A stretch of 64,000 nt of DNA from Nitrospirota bacterium (GCA_016208965.1 JACQXB010000006.1:58262-122261), one strand, 5' to 3'; numbered from the stretch's first letter, positions 20,430-31,438 are shown. The notes: generated by a model not told the origin, from the sequence alone. A program made the numbers and translations.

Positions 20430-21369
20430 TAGAAATAGAAGAAATGGGACAAAGACAAGTTCTTTTGGTTCTCCAGGGCGAATTGGCCATGATTCAAGTT
20501 CTTTCTATGCGAGCAGATTATATGAAGGACTACCGAAGGAAAATAAAGTTAAGTATCTGGAGAACCCTGTACCAGCAGATTGTTTAGATAAAATCTTTTG
20601 CAAGACAAGTGAAAACATAGAGGAACTGCCTGACAACAGCATACATCTTATGGTTACATCACCGCCCTACAATGTAGGGAAGGTATATGATGAAAATTTA
20701 ACTATGGACGAATACAGAGCATTTTTAAAGCGTGTATGGGCAGAGACAAAAAGGGTACTGGTTCCTGGAGGTAGAGCTTGTATTAATATCGCAAATCTTG
20801 GTAGAAAACCTTATATCCCCCTTCACACCTTTATTATTAAAGATATGCTTGATTTAGAGTTCTTGATGAGGGGAGAAGTGATTTGGAATAAAGCTTCAAG
20901 CGGCAGTCCTTCAACCGCATGGGGTAGTTGGCTTTCAGCACAAAATCCAACACTCAGAGATATTCACGAATACATCTTAATCTTCTCAAAAGATAACTTT
21001 TCAAGAGGTAGCCAGCATCATAAAAAAAGCACAATCACCAGAGATGAATTTCTTGAGTTCACAAAAAGTGTATGGACATTTCCGGCAGAACCAGCCACAA
21101 AAGTTGGACACCCTGCTCCTTTCCCTGTAGAGCTACCGTACAGACTGATTCAACTTTATACATTCAAGGAAGACATTGTTTTAGATCCTTTTGCTGGAAG
21201 CGGTCAGGCAGCGATAGCGGCAATAAAAACAGGAAGACATTATGTTGGATACGATATAAATGAAGAATACGTAAATTTGGCAGAGAGACGAATTAAAGAA
21301 TTCTCCGAAGCCTTTAAATCCCCTAAATTGTTTAAACCAGAAAAACAGGTCTTAATAAGCAATAAATAG
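20419..21369 (+). CDS. DNA amino-methyltransferase, beta class
   Basis: VTSPPYNVG (motif IV) then DPFAGSGQAA (motif I). ATG at 20419; ORF track gives TTG at 20395. Confidence 0.85.
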   Translation: MKSNRNRRNGTKTSSFGSPGRIGHDSSSFYASRLYEGLPKENKVKYLENPVPADCLDKIFCKTSENIEELPDNSIHLMVTSPPYNVGKVYDENLTMDEYRAFLKRVWAETKRVLVPGGRACINIANLGRKPYIPLHTFIIKDMLDLEFLMRGEVIWNKASSGSPSTAWGSWLSAQNPTLRDIHEYILIFSKDNFSRGSQHHKKSTITRDEFLEFTKSVWTFPAEPATKVGHPAPFPVELPYRLIQLYTFKEDIVLDPFAGSGQAAIAAIKTGRHYVGYDINEEYVNLAERRIKEFSEAFKSPKLFKPEKQVLISNK

Positions 21370-21542
21370 AAATAATTACATAACAAAAAAATCCAGCGGA
21401 TGCGATAAACTGCCCCGCTGATTTAGGCCGTTAGACGAAAAAATAAAGAGAATAATTTATGAAGTTAAAATTGGATATAAACAGTTCAAAGTTCAGGATC
21501 AAGTCTTGAAAAATCAGTTTTTATCTTTTCTGCCTCAACTTT

Positions 21543-21719
21543 TTATTCTCCCCCTATTTTCGTTGCCTCGTCAATAAGCATCACAGGAATGCCGTCTTTT
21601 ATATGGTAAAGGAGCTTACACTTATCACAGATAAGACCATTCTGGGATTCAGTTAACCTTATATCTCCCTTGCACTTAGGACATGCTAATATCTCAAGTA
21701 ATTCTTTACTGACAGCCAT
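21543..21719 (-). CDS. Trm112/YcaR-family small zinc-ribbon protein
   Basis: 58 aa MAVSKELLEILACPKCKGDIRL...LICDKCKLLYHIKDGIPVML. Below the ORF-track size cutoff. Confidence 0.6.
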   Translation of the reverse strand: MAVSKELLEILACPKCKGDIRLTESQNGLICDKCKLLYHIKDGIPVMLIDEATKIGGE

Positions 21720-21938
21720 TTTTAGCTCCTTGTTGGATAAGATTCTTTTGAGAGAAGTTTATCTTAAAAATAATGCCCCTGTCAAATTTCAAAGCGGGTC
21801 AATTAACATTTTATTTTTCAATTTGCAATTTTTATAAAATACTGTTAGATTTTACTTGTCTGTATGATTGTTTTTAAAAATCAACCTGCCCTTAAGTTAG
21901 AAAAGTTTTATTTCACAGGGCAAATAAGGAGGTGGAAT

Positions 21939-22502
21939 ATGCTTTTTAGAAAAGAAGAGCCAAAAACTGAGAATACAAAGACGAATGGTTATGAAGAGAA
22001 TTCTGCGAAGGACATCGGTAACCAAAAGATAAATACCATTCTGAAAGGAAGTAAGTTAACAGGCGATATAAATATATCCTGTGATTTAGAATTAAGCGGA
22101 GAGGTTGAGGGCAATATAAATTCTGAAGAAAGTTCCAACATTGTTATTAAAGGAACTTGCAAGGGGAATATAAGGACGCGGGGAGGTAATGTTGACATAG
22201 AAGGAGAATTGATTAACGGAGATATTATTGCAGGCGGTGATGTAAAAGTTTCAGGCAAGTTTAATGGCGGGATGGTAAAGGCAAAAGGCAAGATTTATGT
22301 AAATGGTGAATTCAAAGGCAGATTGGAAGGCAATGAAATTGAGGTAGGATCCAATGCCAGAGGAAAAGGAGAACTTTTTTATAACGAATATATTTCTGTT
22401 TCCAGAGGGGCTCAAATTGAGGCGCAGATAAGTCAAATTAAGGAAGAACCCAAAACAGTAAAAAAACTTCCTGATATAAGAGTAGTAAACATTGAGCATT
22501 GA
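21939..22502 (+). CDS. Bactofilin-family cytoskeletal protein
   Basis: Repetitive G-x-V/I-x-G beta-helix repeats. RBS aaggaggtgg lies before the ATG at 21939. Confidence 0.7.
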   Translation: MLFRKEEPKTENTKTNGYEENSAKDIGNQKINTILKGSKLTGDINISCDLELSGEVEGNINSEESSNIVIKGTCKGNIRTRGGNVDIEGELINGDIIAGGDVKVSGKFNGGMVKAKGKIYVNGEFKGRLEGNEIEVGSNARGKGELFYNEYISVSRGAQIEAQISQIKEEPKTVKKLPDIRVVNIEH

Positions 22503-22542
22503 GAAGCCTTACTTAAAATTTCACAGAGGAGGATATTAATTT

Positions 22543-22869
22543 ATGTCTAATGGTATTACAAATGTTACTCTTGATTCATGGGATGAGGAGGTTCTTCAGT
22601 CGACAGGCATTGTAATGGCTGATTTCTGGGCAACATGGTGCGGACCATGCAAGATGATGTCCCCGGTAGTTGAGGAATTAGCAAAGGAATATGAGGGCAA
22701 GGCAAAATTTGTAAAGGTAAATACAGATGAAAATCCCGAGCTCGCAAGTCGTTATAAAATTACAGGTATACCAACCCTTATATTTTTTAAAGGTGGTAAG
22801 ATGGTAGACCAGGTGGTAGGGGCAGTTCCTAAGGGACACCTTAAGACAAAACTTGACTCCCTTCTTTAA
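22543..22869 (+). CDS. trxA: Thioredoxin
   Basis: WCGPCK active site. Confidence 0.9.
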   Translation: MSNGITNVTLDSWDEEVLQSTGIVMADFWATWCGPCKMMSPVVEELAKEYEGKAKFVKVNTDENPELASRYKITGIPTLIFFKGGKMVDQVVGAVPKGHLKTKLDSLL

Positions 22870-22875
22870 TAAGAA

Positions 22876-23796
22876 ATGCTTTTTGATGTCATAATCATCG
22901 GTGGAGGTCCTGCAGGGCTTACTGCAGGCATTTATACCTCACGGGCACGACTCAAAAGTCTCCTTATTGAGAGGGCATTCCCTGGTGGTCAGGTAATGAC
23001 CACTGAATGGATAGAAAATTATCCTGGTTTTGATGAGGGTATCTCAGGGGTTGAACTCTCCCAGAAGATGGAAAGACAGGCAAAGAAATTTGGGCTTGAG
23101 ATAATACAGGGTTCTGTAGCGCGGCTCTCCTTATACGATAAAATAAAAAAAATAGAACTTGACGAAGGTCAGATATACGAGTCAAAGACATTGATAGTAG
23201 CCACAGGGGCAAACCCAATGCATCTTAAGGTAGAAGGTGAAGACAGATACAGGGGCAGAGGGGTTTCATACTGCGCTACCTGTGATGGAGCGTTCTTCAA
23301 AGATAAAAAGATTGCAGTCATTGGAGGTGGAAATTCCGCTCTGCAGGAGGCAATATTTCTTACAAAATTTGCAGAGATGGTTTATATAGTGCACAGGAGA
23401 GGTGAATTCAGGGCAACAAAGATACTGCAGGAAAGGGCATTTGCAAATCCTCATATAAAAGTTATATGGAATTCTGTTGCGGAAAAGATAGAAGGTGAGG
23501 ATACAGTGAATACATTGTTTTTAAGAAATGTAAAGACAAAAGAATCCACGAGACTCGAGGTTCAGGGAGTATTTATCTATGTAGGTTACAATCCCAACAC
23601 AGAGTTTCTTAAAGGGCTTGTTTATCTCAATGAGGAGAATTACATAGTTACTGACGAGAAGATGTCTGCTTCTTTGCCCGGGGTTTTCGCAGCAGGCGAT
23701 GCAAGAGTAAAGTTTCTAAAACAGATTGCCACTGCTGTTGGAGATGGAGCTATGGCAGCCATGGCAGCAGAAAAATATATAGAGGAGAATTTCTAA
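22876..23796 (+). CDS. trxB: Thioredoxin-disulfide reductase
   Basis: GGGPAG and CATCDG motifs. Confidence 0.9.
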   Translation: MLFDVIIIGGGPAGLTAGIYTSRARLKSLLIERAFPGGQVMTTEWIENYPGFDEGISGVELSQKMERQAKKFGLEIIQGSVARLSLYDKIKKIELDEGQIYESKTLIVATGANPMHLKVEGEDRYRGRGVSYCATCDGAFFKDKKIAVIGGGNSALQEAIFLTKFAEMVYIVHRRGEFRATKILQERAFANPHIKVIWNSVAEKIEGEDTVNTLFLRNVKTKESTRLEVQGVFIYVGYNPNTEFLKGLVYLNEENYIVTDEKMSASLPGVFAAGDARVKFLKQIATAVGDGAMAAMAAEKYIEENF

Positions 23797-23798
23797 GA

Positions 23799-23973
23799 TA
23801 ATATCTGAACGTATCTGCCTTCAAAAACCTTAAAAGGCAACATAAATTATATCGATGCCATATTGCAAAGAAGTTAGAAGTTTTTTCTTATAAGGTTAAG
23901 GGAATGCCAATTGCAATATGGCATGTTTAAAGGAGTTGCCCTAAGGCTTTCTCAGGTAGATACGTTCAGATAG
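23799..23973. repeat. Nested inverted-repeat structure between trxB and ffh
   Basis: Outer IR tatctgaacgtatctgc / gtagatacgttcagata. Inner IR tgccatattgcaa / ttgcaatatggca. Confidence 0.6.
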
Positions 23974-23986
23974 TTTAAGGAAGATT

Positions 23987-25360
23987 ATGTTTGAAGCATT
24001 ATCGGAAAAATTAGGAAGCATATTTAAAAAATTAAAAGGGCGAGGATTATTAAGGGAAGAAGACCTTACCGCTGCCCTTAAAGAGATCAAAATAGCCCTT
24101 CTTGAGGCTGATGTGAACTTCAAGGTTGTAAAAGACTTTATAGAGAGGGTAAAGGCAAGGGCTATTGGTAAAGAAGTAATTGAAAGCATTACACCCGGGC
24201 ATCAGGTTGTAAAGATTGTCCATGACGAACTCTGCAGCCTCATGGGCGGCGAAGACAATTTATCTTTAAGCCAGAGAAAGATCCATCTCTCCCCTAATCC
24301 ACCTACTGTTATTATGCTCGTTGGTCTTCACGGCTCAGGCAAGACAACTACCGCTGCAAAGCTTGCAAAAGGCTTTAAAAAGGATGGACGCAGACCTCTG
24401 CTCGTTGCCATAGACACAGCAAGGCCTGCTGCTATAGAGCAGCTTATCTCTTTAGGGTCGCAAATAAATGTGCCTGTTTACGGAACAAAGGCTGGAGACA
24501 GCCCAGTGAGGGTTTGCTCGGATGCTATTAAAAAGGCTCATTCCGAAGGCTGGGATGTTGTTATCCTTGATACAGCAGGCAGACTTCATATAGATGAGGA
24601 GTTAATGAAGGAACTGGATGACGTAAAGGCAGCGGCAAATCCAAAGGAAATCCTGCTTGTAGCAGATGCTATGACAGGGCAGGATGCTGTAAATATTGCA
24701 AAGTCTTTTAATGATAGGCTTAACATAGGAGGTGTTATCCTTACCAAGATGGATGGTGATGCACGTGGTGGGGCAGCGCTTTCAATTGTTGCTGCTACAG
24801 GAAAGCCCATAAAGTTTATAGGTGTTGGGGAGAAGATTGATTTACTTGAGCCATTTCATCCTGAGAGGATGGCGTCCAGAATACTGGAGATGGGTGATAT
24901 TGTAAGCCTTGTGGAAAAGGCACAAGAGGCAATAGGCATGGAAGATGCCATTAAATTGCAGAAAAAACTAAAAGAAGACAGGTTTACATTTGAAGACCTG
25001 AAAGATCAGATAAAGCAGATTAAGAAAATGGGATCTCTTGAAAATCTCTTTGGTATGATCCCCGGATTAGGTAAGCACATATCCCGAAGTGTCGGGACGG
25101 TAGATGAGAAGGAATTTATTAAGATTGAGGCGATAATCAATTCCATGACTAAAAAGGAAAGGGAAAGTTATGCTATAATTAATGGCAGTCGCAAGAGGAG
25201 AATAGCCCTTGGAAGCGGGACTACTGTAGCTGATGTGAATAGACTTATTAAACAGTATCTTGAAATGAAAAAGATGCTCAGGATGTTTAAGGGTGGTAAA
25301 GGTCCCGGGCTTAATAAGTTTAAGTTTCCTGATTTAAATTTTTTCCGGGGGCGTAGTTGA
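23987..25360 (+). CDS. ffh: Signal recognition particle protein Ffh
   Basis: GLHGSGKTT, DTAGR and the M-domain. Confidence 0.95.
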   Translation: MFEALSEKLGSIFKKLKGRGLLREEDLTAALKEIKIALLEADVNFKVVKDFIERVKARAIGKEVIESITPGHQVVKIVHDELCSLMGGEDNLSLSQRKIHLSPNPPTVIMLVGLHGSGKTTTAAKLAKGFKKDGRRPLLVAIDTARPAAIEQLISLGSQINVPVYGTKAGDSPVRVCSDAIKKAHSEGWDVVILDTAGRLHIDEELMKELDDVKAAANPKEILLVADAMTGQDAVNIAKSFNDRLNIGGVILTKMDGDARGGAALSIVAATGKPIKFIGVGEKIDLLEPFHPERMASRILEMGDIVSLVEKAQEAIGMEDAIKLQKKLKEDRFTFEDLKDQIKQIKKMGSLENLFGMIPGLGKHISRSVGTVDEKEFIKIEAIINSMTKKERESYAIINGSRKRRIALGSGTTVADVNRLIKQYLEMKKMLRMFKGGKGPGLNKFKFPDLNFFRGRS

Positions 25361-25451
25361 CAAAAATACTTACTATCTTAATTATAGTTATACTTCTACT
25401 TGCTGTTTATCGTATAATAATGAAAAAATAGAATCTTAAGGGGGTAATAAT

Positions 25452-25688
25452 TTGGTTAAGATTAGACTTGCGCGTAGGGGAGCAAAGAAAAAGCCATTTT
25501 ACAGGGTAATTGTATGTGACTCAAGGGAAAGAAGAGATGGCCCATTTCTGGAAATCATAGGGACCTACAATCCATTGACAGAGCCTTCTGATATAAAGGT
25601 AAACACAGAAAGAGCTAAATATTGGCTTAGTTGTGGAGCACAACCAACTTCTCAGGTGAGAAAACTTTTGAAGCTGGCTGGCTTATAA
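25452..25688 (+). CDS. rpsP: 30S ribosomal protein S16
   Basis: [21 protein letters not shown]. Confidence 0.9.
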   Translation: MVKIRLARRGAKKKPFYRVIVCDSRERRDGPFLEIIGTYNPLTEPSDIKVNTERAKYWLSCGAQPTSQVRKLLKLAGL

Positions 25689-25720
25689 AAGGTCAGCAAA
25701 ATTCTTACGGAGGTGGATAT

Positions 25721-25951
25721 ATGAAAGGGTTAATCGAGCAAATGGCAAAGGCTTTAGTTGATAAGCCAGAGGAGGTTTCTGTTGCTGAGGTGGCAGGGGA
25801 GAGGACAACTGTTTACGAGTTGAAGGTTGCAATGAGTGATCTCGGTAAAGTTATTGGGAAGCAGGGGAAAACTGCAAGGGCAATGAGGTCAATTCTGGGT
25901 GCTGCAGGGGCTAAACTCGGTAAGCACTGTGTTCTCGAGATATTAGAATAG
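25721..25951 (+). CDS. KH-domain RNA-binding protein (YlqC-like)
   Basis: [19 protein letters not shown] ggaggtgg lies before the ATG at 25721. Confidence 0.7.
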   Translation: MKGLIEQMAKALVDKPEEVSVAEVAGERTTVYELKVAMSDLGKVIGKQGKTARAMRSILGAAGAKLGKHCVLEILE

Positions 25952-26685
25952 TGAAATGTGACATCCTGACGCTTTTTCCTGATATAGTTAATGCCTATCT
26001 TAAAGAAAGTATATTAAAGAGGGCACAGGAGGGAAAGCTTCTTGAGGTAAAGATTTATAATCTTAGGGACTTTGCCGCAGGAAGACATAAAGTACTTGAT
26101 GATTATCCTTTTGGCGGTGGCCCTGGCATGGTGATTAAGCCCGAGCCTCTTTTTAAAGCAATTGAGCATATTAAAAAAGACGGCTTGCCAAGGAGGGTAA
26201 TCCTCCTAAGTCCACAGGGGAAAACATTTACTCAATCAATGGCTGAGGAGTTCTCCCGAGAAAAACAGAGAGTGGTATTTATATGCGGAAGATATGAGGG
26301 TATTGATGAAAGAGTAAGGCTAAGGCTTGTGAATGAGGAGGTCTCAATTGGGGATTATGTACTGACAGGTGGAGAGTTAGGCGCCCTTGTTATAATTGAT
26401 TCAGCAGTAAGGCTTATCCCTGGCGCCTTAGGAGACGAGAGGTCAGCAGATGAGGAATCTTTCTCGTGGGGACTACTTGATTATCCCCAGTATACAAGAC
26501 CAAGGGAGTTTCAGGGGATGAGGGTTCCGGATGTGCTTATATCCGGGAATCACAAAGAGATATGGCTCTGGCGAAGGAAAGAGGCTTTAAGGAAGACAAT
26601 AAAGATGAGGCCAGACCTTATTAAGAAGATCAAGCTTGCAGACATCGATAAAAAATTAATCTCAGAGATTGAGGGGGAAGAATAA
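25951..26685 (+). CDS. trmD: tRNA (guanine37-N1)-methyltransferase
   Basis: GTG start. DILTLFP and [10 protein letters not shown] motifs. Confidence 0.9.
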   Translation: MKCDILTLFPDIVNAYLKESILKRAQEGKLLEVKIYNLRDFAAGRHKVLDDYPFGGGPGMVIKPEPLFKAIEHIKKDGLPRRVILLSPQGKTFTQSMAEEFSREKQRVVFICGRYEGIDERVRLRLVNEEVSIGDYVLTGGELGALVIIDSAVRLIPGALGDERSADEESFSWGLLDYPQYTRPREFQGMRVPDVLISGNHKEIWLWRRKEALRKTIKMRPDLIKKIKLADIDKKLISEIEGEE

Positions 26686-26686
26686 A

Positions 26687-27040
26687 ATGGATTCCATAAG
26701 GATTATAGAAGATAGTTTTAAAAAAGAAGGCCCTTCCTTCCGTGTAGGAGATGCAGTGAGGGTAAATGTCAAGATTATTGAGGGGGATAAGGAGAGGCTT
26801 CAAACATTTGAAGGCATTGTTATATCCCGTAGAGGCAGTGGAACGCGGGAGACCTTCACCTTAAGAAAGATATCTTATGGTGTTGGGGTTGAAAGAATAT
26901 TCCCACTTTATTCACCAATGATAGAGGGTTTAGAGGTTATTAAACAGGGTGATGTAAGGAGGGCTAAGCTATATTACCTGCGCGGGAAGAAGGGGAAGGC
27001 AGCAAAGGTAAAGGAAAAATCTTTAACAACAACTGCATAA
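26687..27040 (+). CDS. rplS: 50S ribosomal protein L19
   Basis: FRVGDAV and typical L19 sequence. Confidence 0.9.
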   Translation: MDSIRIIEDSFKKEGPSFRVGDAVRVNVKIIEGDKERLQTFEGIVISRRGSGTRETFTLRKISYGVGVERIFPLYSPMIEGLEVIKQGDVRRAKLYYLRGKKGKAAKVKEKSLTTTA

Positions 27041-27061
27041 CCCCGTTATTATTTCTCTACG

Positions 27062-27696
27062 ATGAAAAAATCCGCAGAGATTACCCTGTAATCACAGGCA
27101 TTGATGAAGCAGGCAGGGGCTCTTTAGCAGGTCCTGTTGTTGCAGGAGCAGTTATCCTTCCTTCAGGGCTTATCATTAACGGGCTCAAGGACTCAAAACA
27201 AGTTCCTGAGAATAAGCGCAGAGGACTCTTCTGGAAAATTGTATCTAACGCTGTTAGCATAGGTATTGGCATTATAGATGCTGGTATTGTAGATAGGATA
27301 AATATACTTAGAGCCACAAGGCTTGCCATGGAAGAGGCTGTTAGAGATCTGAAACAAGACCCTGATATTCTATTAATTGACGCCCTTAATCTTTATGATA
27401 TTAAAATCCCGCAGAAATCCATTATCAAAGGGGAATCTGTAAGCGCCTCAATAGCAGCAGCCTCTATTATCGCAAAGGTTGTCAGGGATGACATAATGCT
27501 CAGGTATCATGAAAAATACCCGATTTATAATTTTAAAGTGCATAAAGGATATTGTACAGAAGAGCATGTAAGATTAATAAGCATACATGGCCCATGCCCT
27601 ATTCACAGAAAGAGTTTTAGAAAGGTAATGGATCTACCACTACCATTTGAAATATGTGAAACACACATGGTGACAAGTCCGCACAAAGGAGAATGA
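27062..27696 (+). CDS. rnhB: Ribonuclease HII, apparent frameshift in the A6 tract at 27065-27070
   Basis: ATG at 27062 reads MKKSAEITL*. The adjacent frame reads (D)EKIRRDYPVITGIDEAGRGSLAGPVV through to 27696. One extra A restores a single ORF. Confidence 0.7.
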
Positions 27697-27714
27697 AAAC
27701 AGTCAGCGAAACAT

Positions 27715-27800
27715 CTGTCCTAATCGTCATTCCCCGACTCGATCGGGGAATCCAGAGTTTTATCCTTCCTGGATTCTCTGGTCAAGCCAGAGAATGACAG
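27715..27800. repeat. GTCATTCC...GGAATGAC palindromic element
   Basis: cgtcattccccgactcgatcggggaatccag...ctggattctctggtcaagccagagaatgacagc. Confidence 0.7.
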
Positions 27801-27890
27801 CTTGAAGGTTAAATGTATTTTCGGAGCAAAGTAGAAGTAGAGGGTAGCAAATAGCGAGATTTTTCTCTCTACCCTCTACTTTAGAAAAAA

Positions 27891-28301
27891 GTGTTTTACA
27901 AAATAGCCGCTGATATTATTGTCTTGATTCATTTTCTATGGATAGTATTTCTCATAGTTGGTGCGTTCCCGGGAAGGAAAAATAAATGGGTAAAAATTTT
28001 CCATATAGGAGGAATTGGTTTTGCTATTGTTATACAAGTCTTCGGCTGGTATTGCCCACTCACACATCTTGAAATCTGGTTAAGGCAGATGCATAACCCT
28101 TCATTATCTTTCGAGGGCTCATTCATAATACATTATGTAGAAAAATTCGTCTATTTTAACCTCTCACCAGAGATAATCTTTAGCATGACCATTGGGCTTT
28201 TACTCCTCTCTGCATGGCTTTATATTTTTAAATCCAAGAGCTCGTTGAAAAACTCAACAAGCTCTGATTACACAGATAAAAGATTAGATTACAGAGATTA
28301 A
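27891..28301 (+). CDS. DUF2784-like small membrane protein
   Basis: 136 aa, hydrophobic. Confidence 0.45.
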   Translation: MFYKIAADIIVLIHFLWIVFLIVGAFPGRKNKWVKIFHIGGIGFAIVIQVFGWYCPLTHLEIWLRQMHNPSLSFEGSFIIHYVEKFVYFNLSPEIIFSMTIGLLLLSAWLYIFKSKSSLKNSTSSDYTDKRLDYRD

Positions 28302-28419
28302 AACTCCTTGGAATATCTGTGTAATCATTTTTCCTAATCGGTGTAATCAAGGCTGTTGAGGGCTTTTCAACAGCCTGTCAAGAATTGACTTAATCGCCAA
28401 ATCCCTTTATATTTCAAAT

Positions 28420-29994
28420 ATGAGGTCTTCTATAAAAACCGTAGATTTTCTAATAATTGGTGGAGGTGTTGCAGGGCTAAGGGCAGCAATAGAGGTTGCA
28501 CCAGTTGGGAGTGTCATTGTCCTTACAAAGGACATGCCTGCAGAGAGCAGCACTGGATATGCACAGGGAGGGATTGCAGTTGCACTTAGTGATGAAGACG
28601 AGGTAGGCATTCATTATGAAGACACTATAAATGCAGGAGATGGATTGTGTAATAAGGATGCTGTCAAGGTATTAGTTGAAGAGGGGCCAGAACTAATACT
28701 TGAGCTTATCTCATGGGGTGCTGAGTTTGATAAAGAGGGTAGTAAACTCGCATTTACCCAAGAGGCAGCGCATTCCCGCAGAAGAATCCTACATGCCCAG
28801 GGAGACTCCACAGGAAGGGAACTTGAACGTGTACTTATTAATAAAGTTCGCACTTTTAAAAGTGTTTCAAGGTATGATTTTGCATTTACTGTTGATTTAA
28901 TTATAAAAGACGATAGATGCGCAGGAGCCATTATTTTAAGAGATAGAGAAGCCATCCATATTTATGCAAAGGCTACTATACTTGCCACAGGAGGCGCTGG
29001 ACAGCTTTATTCAAGGACAACAAACCCTGCTGTCACAACAGGTGATGGAATGGCAATTGCTTACAGAGCAGGTGCGGTGCTTCAGGATATGGAGTTTATA
29101 CAATTCCATCCAACAACGCTTTATTCTCCTTCTGCTCCTCAGTTTCTCATTAGTGAGGCAATGAGGGGAGAGGGTGCAATATTAAAAAATATCCATGGAG
29201 AGAGGTTTATGCCAGGGTATCATACCCTTGCTGAACTTGCACCGAGGGATATAGTATCAAGGGCGATTATCTCTGAGATGGTAAGAACAAATGCAAAACA
29301 TGTTTACTTAGACCTTACGCATCTTGATAAGAATTTTGTTAAAGGACGATTTCCGAGGATCTATTCAACATGCCTTCAGTTTGACATAGATATAACAGAA
29401 GACCTTATCCCTGTCTCTCCTGCAGCGCATTATGTAATGGGAGGAGTTAAAACCAATCTAAACGGTGAGACAGACATAAAAGGTCTTTTTGCAACAGGCG
29501 AAGTTGCATGCACAGGGGTTCATGGTGCAAACCGTCTTGCCTCAAACAGCCTCCTTGAAGGACTTGTATATGGGGCAAGGGCAGGGAGGTCAGCAGGGGA
29601 GTATGTAAATAAAAGTCAGAAGTCAGAAGTCAGAAGTCAGAGGTTAAAAACTGCTTCTTCCATTTTGCCTTCATTTGATACAGTGAAGATAAAAAGTACC
29701 TTGAGACGTTTGATGTGGGAGAAGGTTGGCATTATAAGATGCAAGGAGTCTTTAAATGCAGCAAGGGAATGGTTAAGAAAATGGGATTCTATCCTTAAGG
29801 CGGATTTCACAAGCAGAGAAAGGCTTGAGCTAAAAAATATGCTAACAGTTGCTAATTTAATTGTGGACTCAGCCCTCCTTAGAGAAGGAAGCATTGGAGC
29901 CCATTATCGTTCTGACTTTAAAGAAAGAGGAGAAAACTGGCAGAGGCATGTTATATCTCAGAAAGAAAAAGGCTTACAGCGGGCTGATGCGTAG
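28420..29994 (+). CDS. nadB: L-aspartate oxidase
   Basis: FAD-binding LIIGGGVAGL and HYxMGG. Contains an in-frame (aagtcag)x4 repeat at 29619-29648. Confidence 0.9.
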   Translation: MRSSIKTVDFLIIGGGVAGLRAAIEVAPVGSVIVLTKDMPAESSTGYAQGGIAVALSDEDEVGIHYEDTINAGDGLCNKDAVKVLVEEGPELILELISWGAEFDKEGSKLAFTQEAAHSRRRILHAQGDSTGRELERVLINKVRTFKSVSRYDFAFTVDLIIKDDRCAGAIILRDREAIHIYAKATILATGGAGQLYSRTTNPAVTTGDGMAIAYRAGAVLQDMEFIQFHPTTLYSPSAPQFLISEAMRGEGAILKNIHGERFMPGYHTLAELAPRDIVSRAIISEMVRTNAKHVYLDLTHLDKNFVKGRFPRIYSTCLQFDIDITEDLIPVSPAAHYVMGGVKTNLNGETDIKGLFATGEVACTGVHGANRLASNSLLEGLVYGARAGRSAGEYVNKSQKSEVRSQRLKTASSILPSFDTVKIKSTLRRLMWEKVGIIRCKESLNAAREWLRKWDSILKADFTSRERLELKNMLTVANLIVDSALLREGSIGAHYRSDFKERGENWQRHVISQKEKGLQRADA

Positions 29995-31411
29995 GGTAAA
30001 GATAATCTGCACAATAGGTCCTTCAAGCAACTCAAAGAGGGTAATTCATGAGTTGATAAAAGCAGGCATGGATTCTGCGCGGTTAAACTTTTCACATGGA
30101 ACTCGCGAAGAACATCAAAGGGTAATTAAAACAATAAGAGAAGGCTCTAAAAGATACAACTCACCTGTAAGTATAATTCAGGATTTGGCTGGGCCTAAAA
30201 TCAGGGTTGGTTCAATTAAAGACGGACATGTAATGCTCTCAAAAGGCTCGGTATTATCCCTTACTACGAAAGATATTGAGGGCAGTAGTGAACAACTATC
30301 AATATCATATCCTTATCTTATTAAAGATACAAAAGTTGGAGACAGAATCCTTTTAGACGATGGTTTGATCCAGCTAAAGATTATAGAAAAGCGAAAGGCT
30401 CGGTTAATTACAAAAATTATTGAAGGTGGACTTTTAAGGGAGAAAAAGGGAGTAAATCTCCCGGGTGTAAAAATCTCTGCCCCTGCATTTACTGAAAAAG
30501 ACAAAAAAGATGCTGAATTTGGAATAAAAATGGGGGTTGATTATATAGCAATGTCTTTTGTTCGCTCAAAAGAAGATATACTTAATCTTAAAAGCTGGTT
30601 AAAAAGACACGGGGCTGATACTCCTGTGATTGCAAAGATTGAGAAACCTGAGGCAGTAAAAAACATCAACGGGATACTTGAGCTTTCAGATGGGATTATG
30701 GTTGCAAGGGGTGACCTGGGCGTTGAAATTCCCCCTGAAGAGGTTCCTTTAATCCAGAAGAGACTTATATATGAGGCAAACAGGTCAATGAAACCTGTAA
30801 TAACCGCAACCCAGATGCTTGAATCCATGACAGAACACCTTAGACCAACAAGGGCAGAGGCAACAGATGTTGCCAATGCAGTCATTGATGGAACAGATGC
30901 CCTTATGCTTTCAGGGGAGACAGCAGTGGGTAAGTATCCAGTTGAGACATTGAAAATGATGGATAGGATTATTAATTTTACAGAGACAGGGTATTCAATA
31001 ACTACGGAAAGTTCACAGCCCACGGCTCGCCATTCACGGTTTACAAATTTTGCGCAGGCAATTGCGGAGTCTGCATGTATATCAGCCCATGACATAAAGG
31101 CAAAAGTAATTGTGGCTTTCACAAGAACAGGTTTTACAGCGCTCCTTGCATCAAAACAGAGACCTCAGGTTCCAATTATTGCTTTTACAACTACTAAGGA
31201 TGTTCAGAGAAGGATGAATCTTTACTGGGGGATAAAGCCGTTGATTATGGGGTTTCCTCACAGCACAGATGAGATGATATATAAATCAGAAAAGGCATTA
31301 CTCAGGAATGGTATTGTTAAAAAAGGAGATTCAATTGTAATAATAGCAACCTCTCATTTTGCATTAGGAGAGAAGACCAATATTATGAAACTTCACAGGA
31401 TTGGATGTTAG
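29987..31411 (+). CDS. pyk: Pyruvate kinase
   Basis: MRRVKIICTIGPSS. ATG overlaps the nadB stop by 8 bp. Confidence 0.9.
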   Translation: MRRVKIICTIGPSSNSKRVIHELIKAGMDSARLNFSHGTREEHQRVIKTIREGSKRYNSPVSIIQDLAGPKIRVGSIKDGHVMLSKGSVLSLTTKDIEGSSEQLSISYPYLIKDTKVGDRILLDDGLIQLKIIEKRKARLITKIIEGGLLREKKGVNLPGVKISAPAFTEKDKKDAEFGIKMGVDYIAMSFVRSKEDILNLKSWLKRHGADTPVIAKIEKPEAVKNINGILELSDGIMVARGDLGVEIPPEEVPLIQKRLIYEANRSMKPVITATQMLESMTEHLRPTRAEATDVANAVIDGTDALMLSGETAVGKYPVETLKMMDRIINFTETGYSITTESSQPTARHSRFTNFAQAIAESACISAHDIKAKVIVAFTRTGFTALLASKQRPQVPIIAFTTTKDVQRRMNLYWGIKPLIMGFPHSTDEMIYKSEKALLRNGIVKKGDSIVIIATSHFALGEKTNIMKLHRIGC

Positions 31412-31438
31412 GTTTATGAAATACAAAAACCAGATAAC
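31332..31438. repeat. Direct repeat copy 1 (3' end of pyk, ~105 bp)
   Basis: caattgtaataatagcaacctctcattttgcattaggag...ggtttatgaaatacaaaaaccagataac recurs at 32012-32118 with 2 mismatches. Confidence 0.9.

Noticed and set aside
30541-31122. 193-aa minus-strand ORF inside pyk
   Set aside because: It is an antisense shadow of pyruvate kinase.
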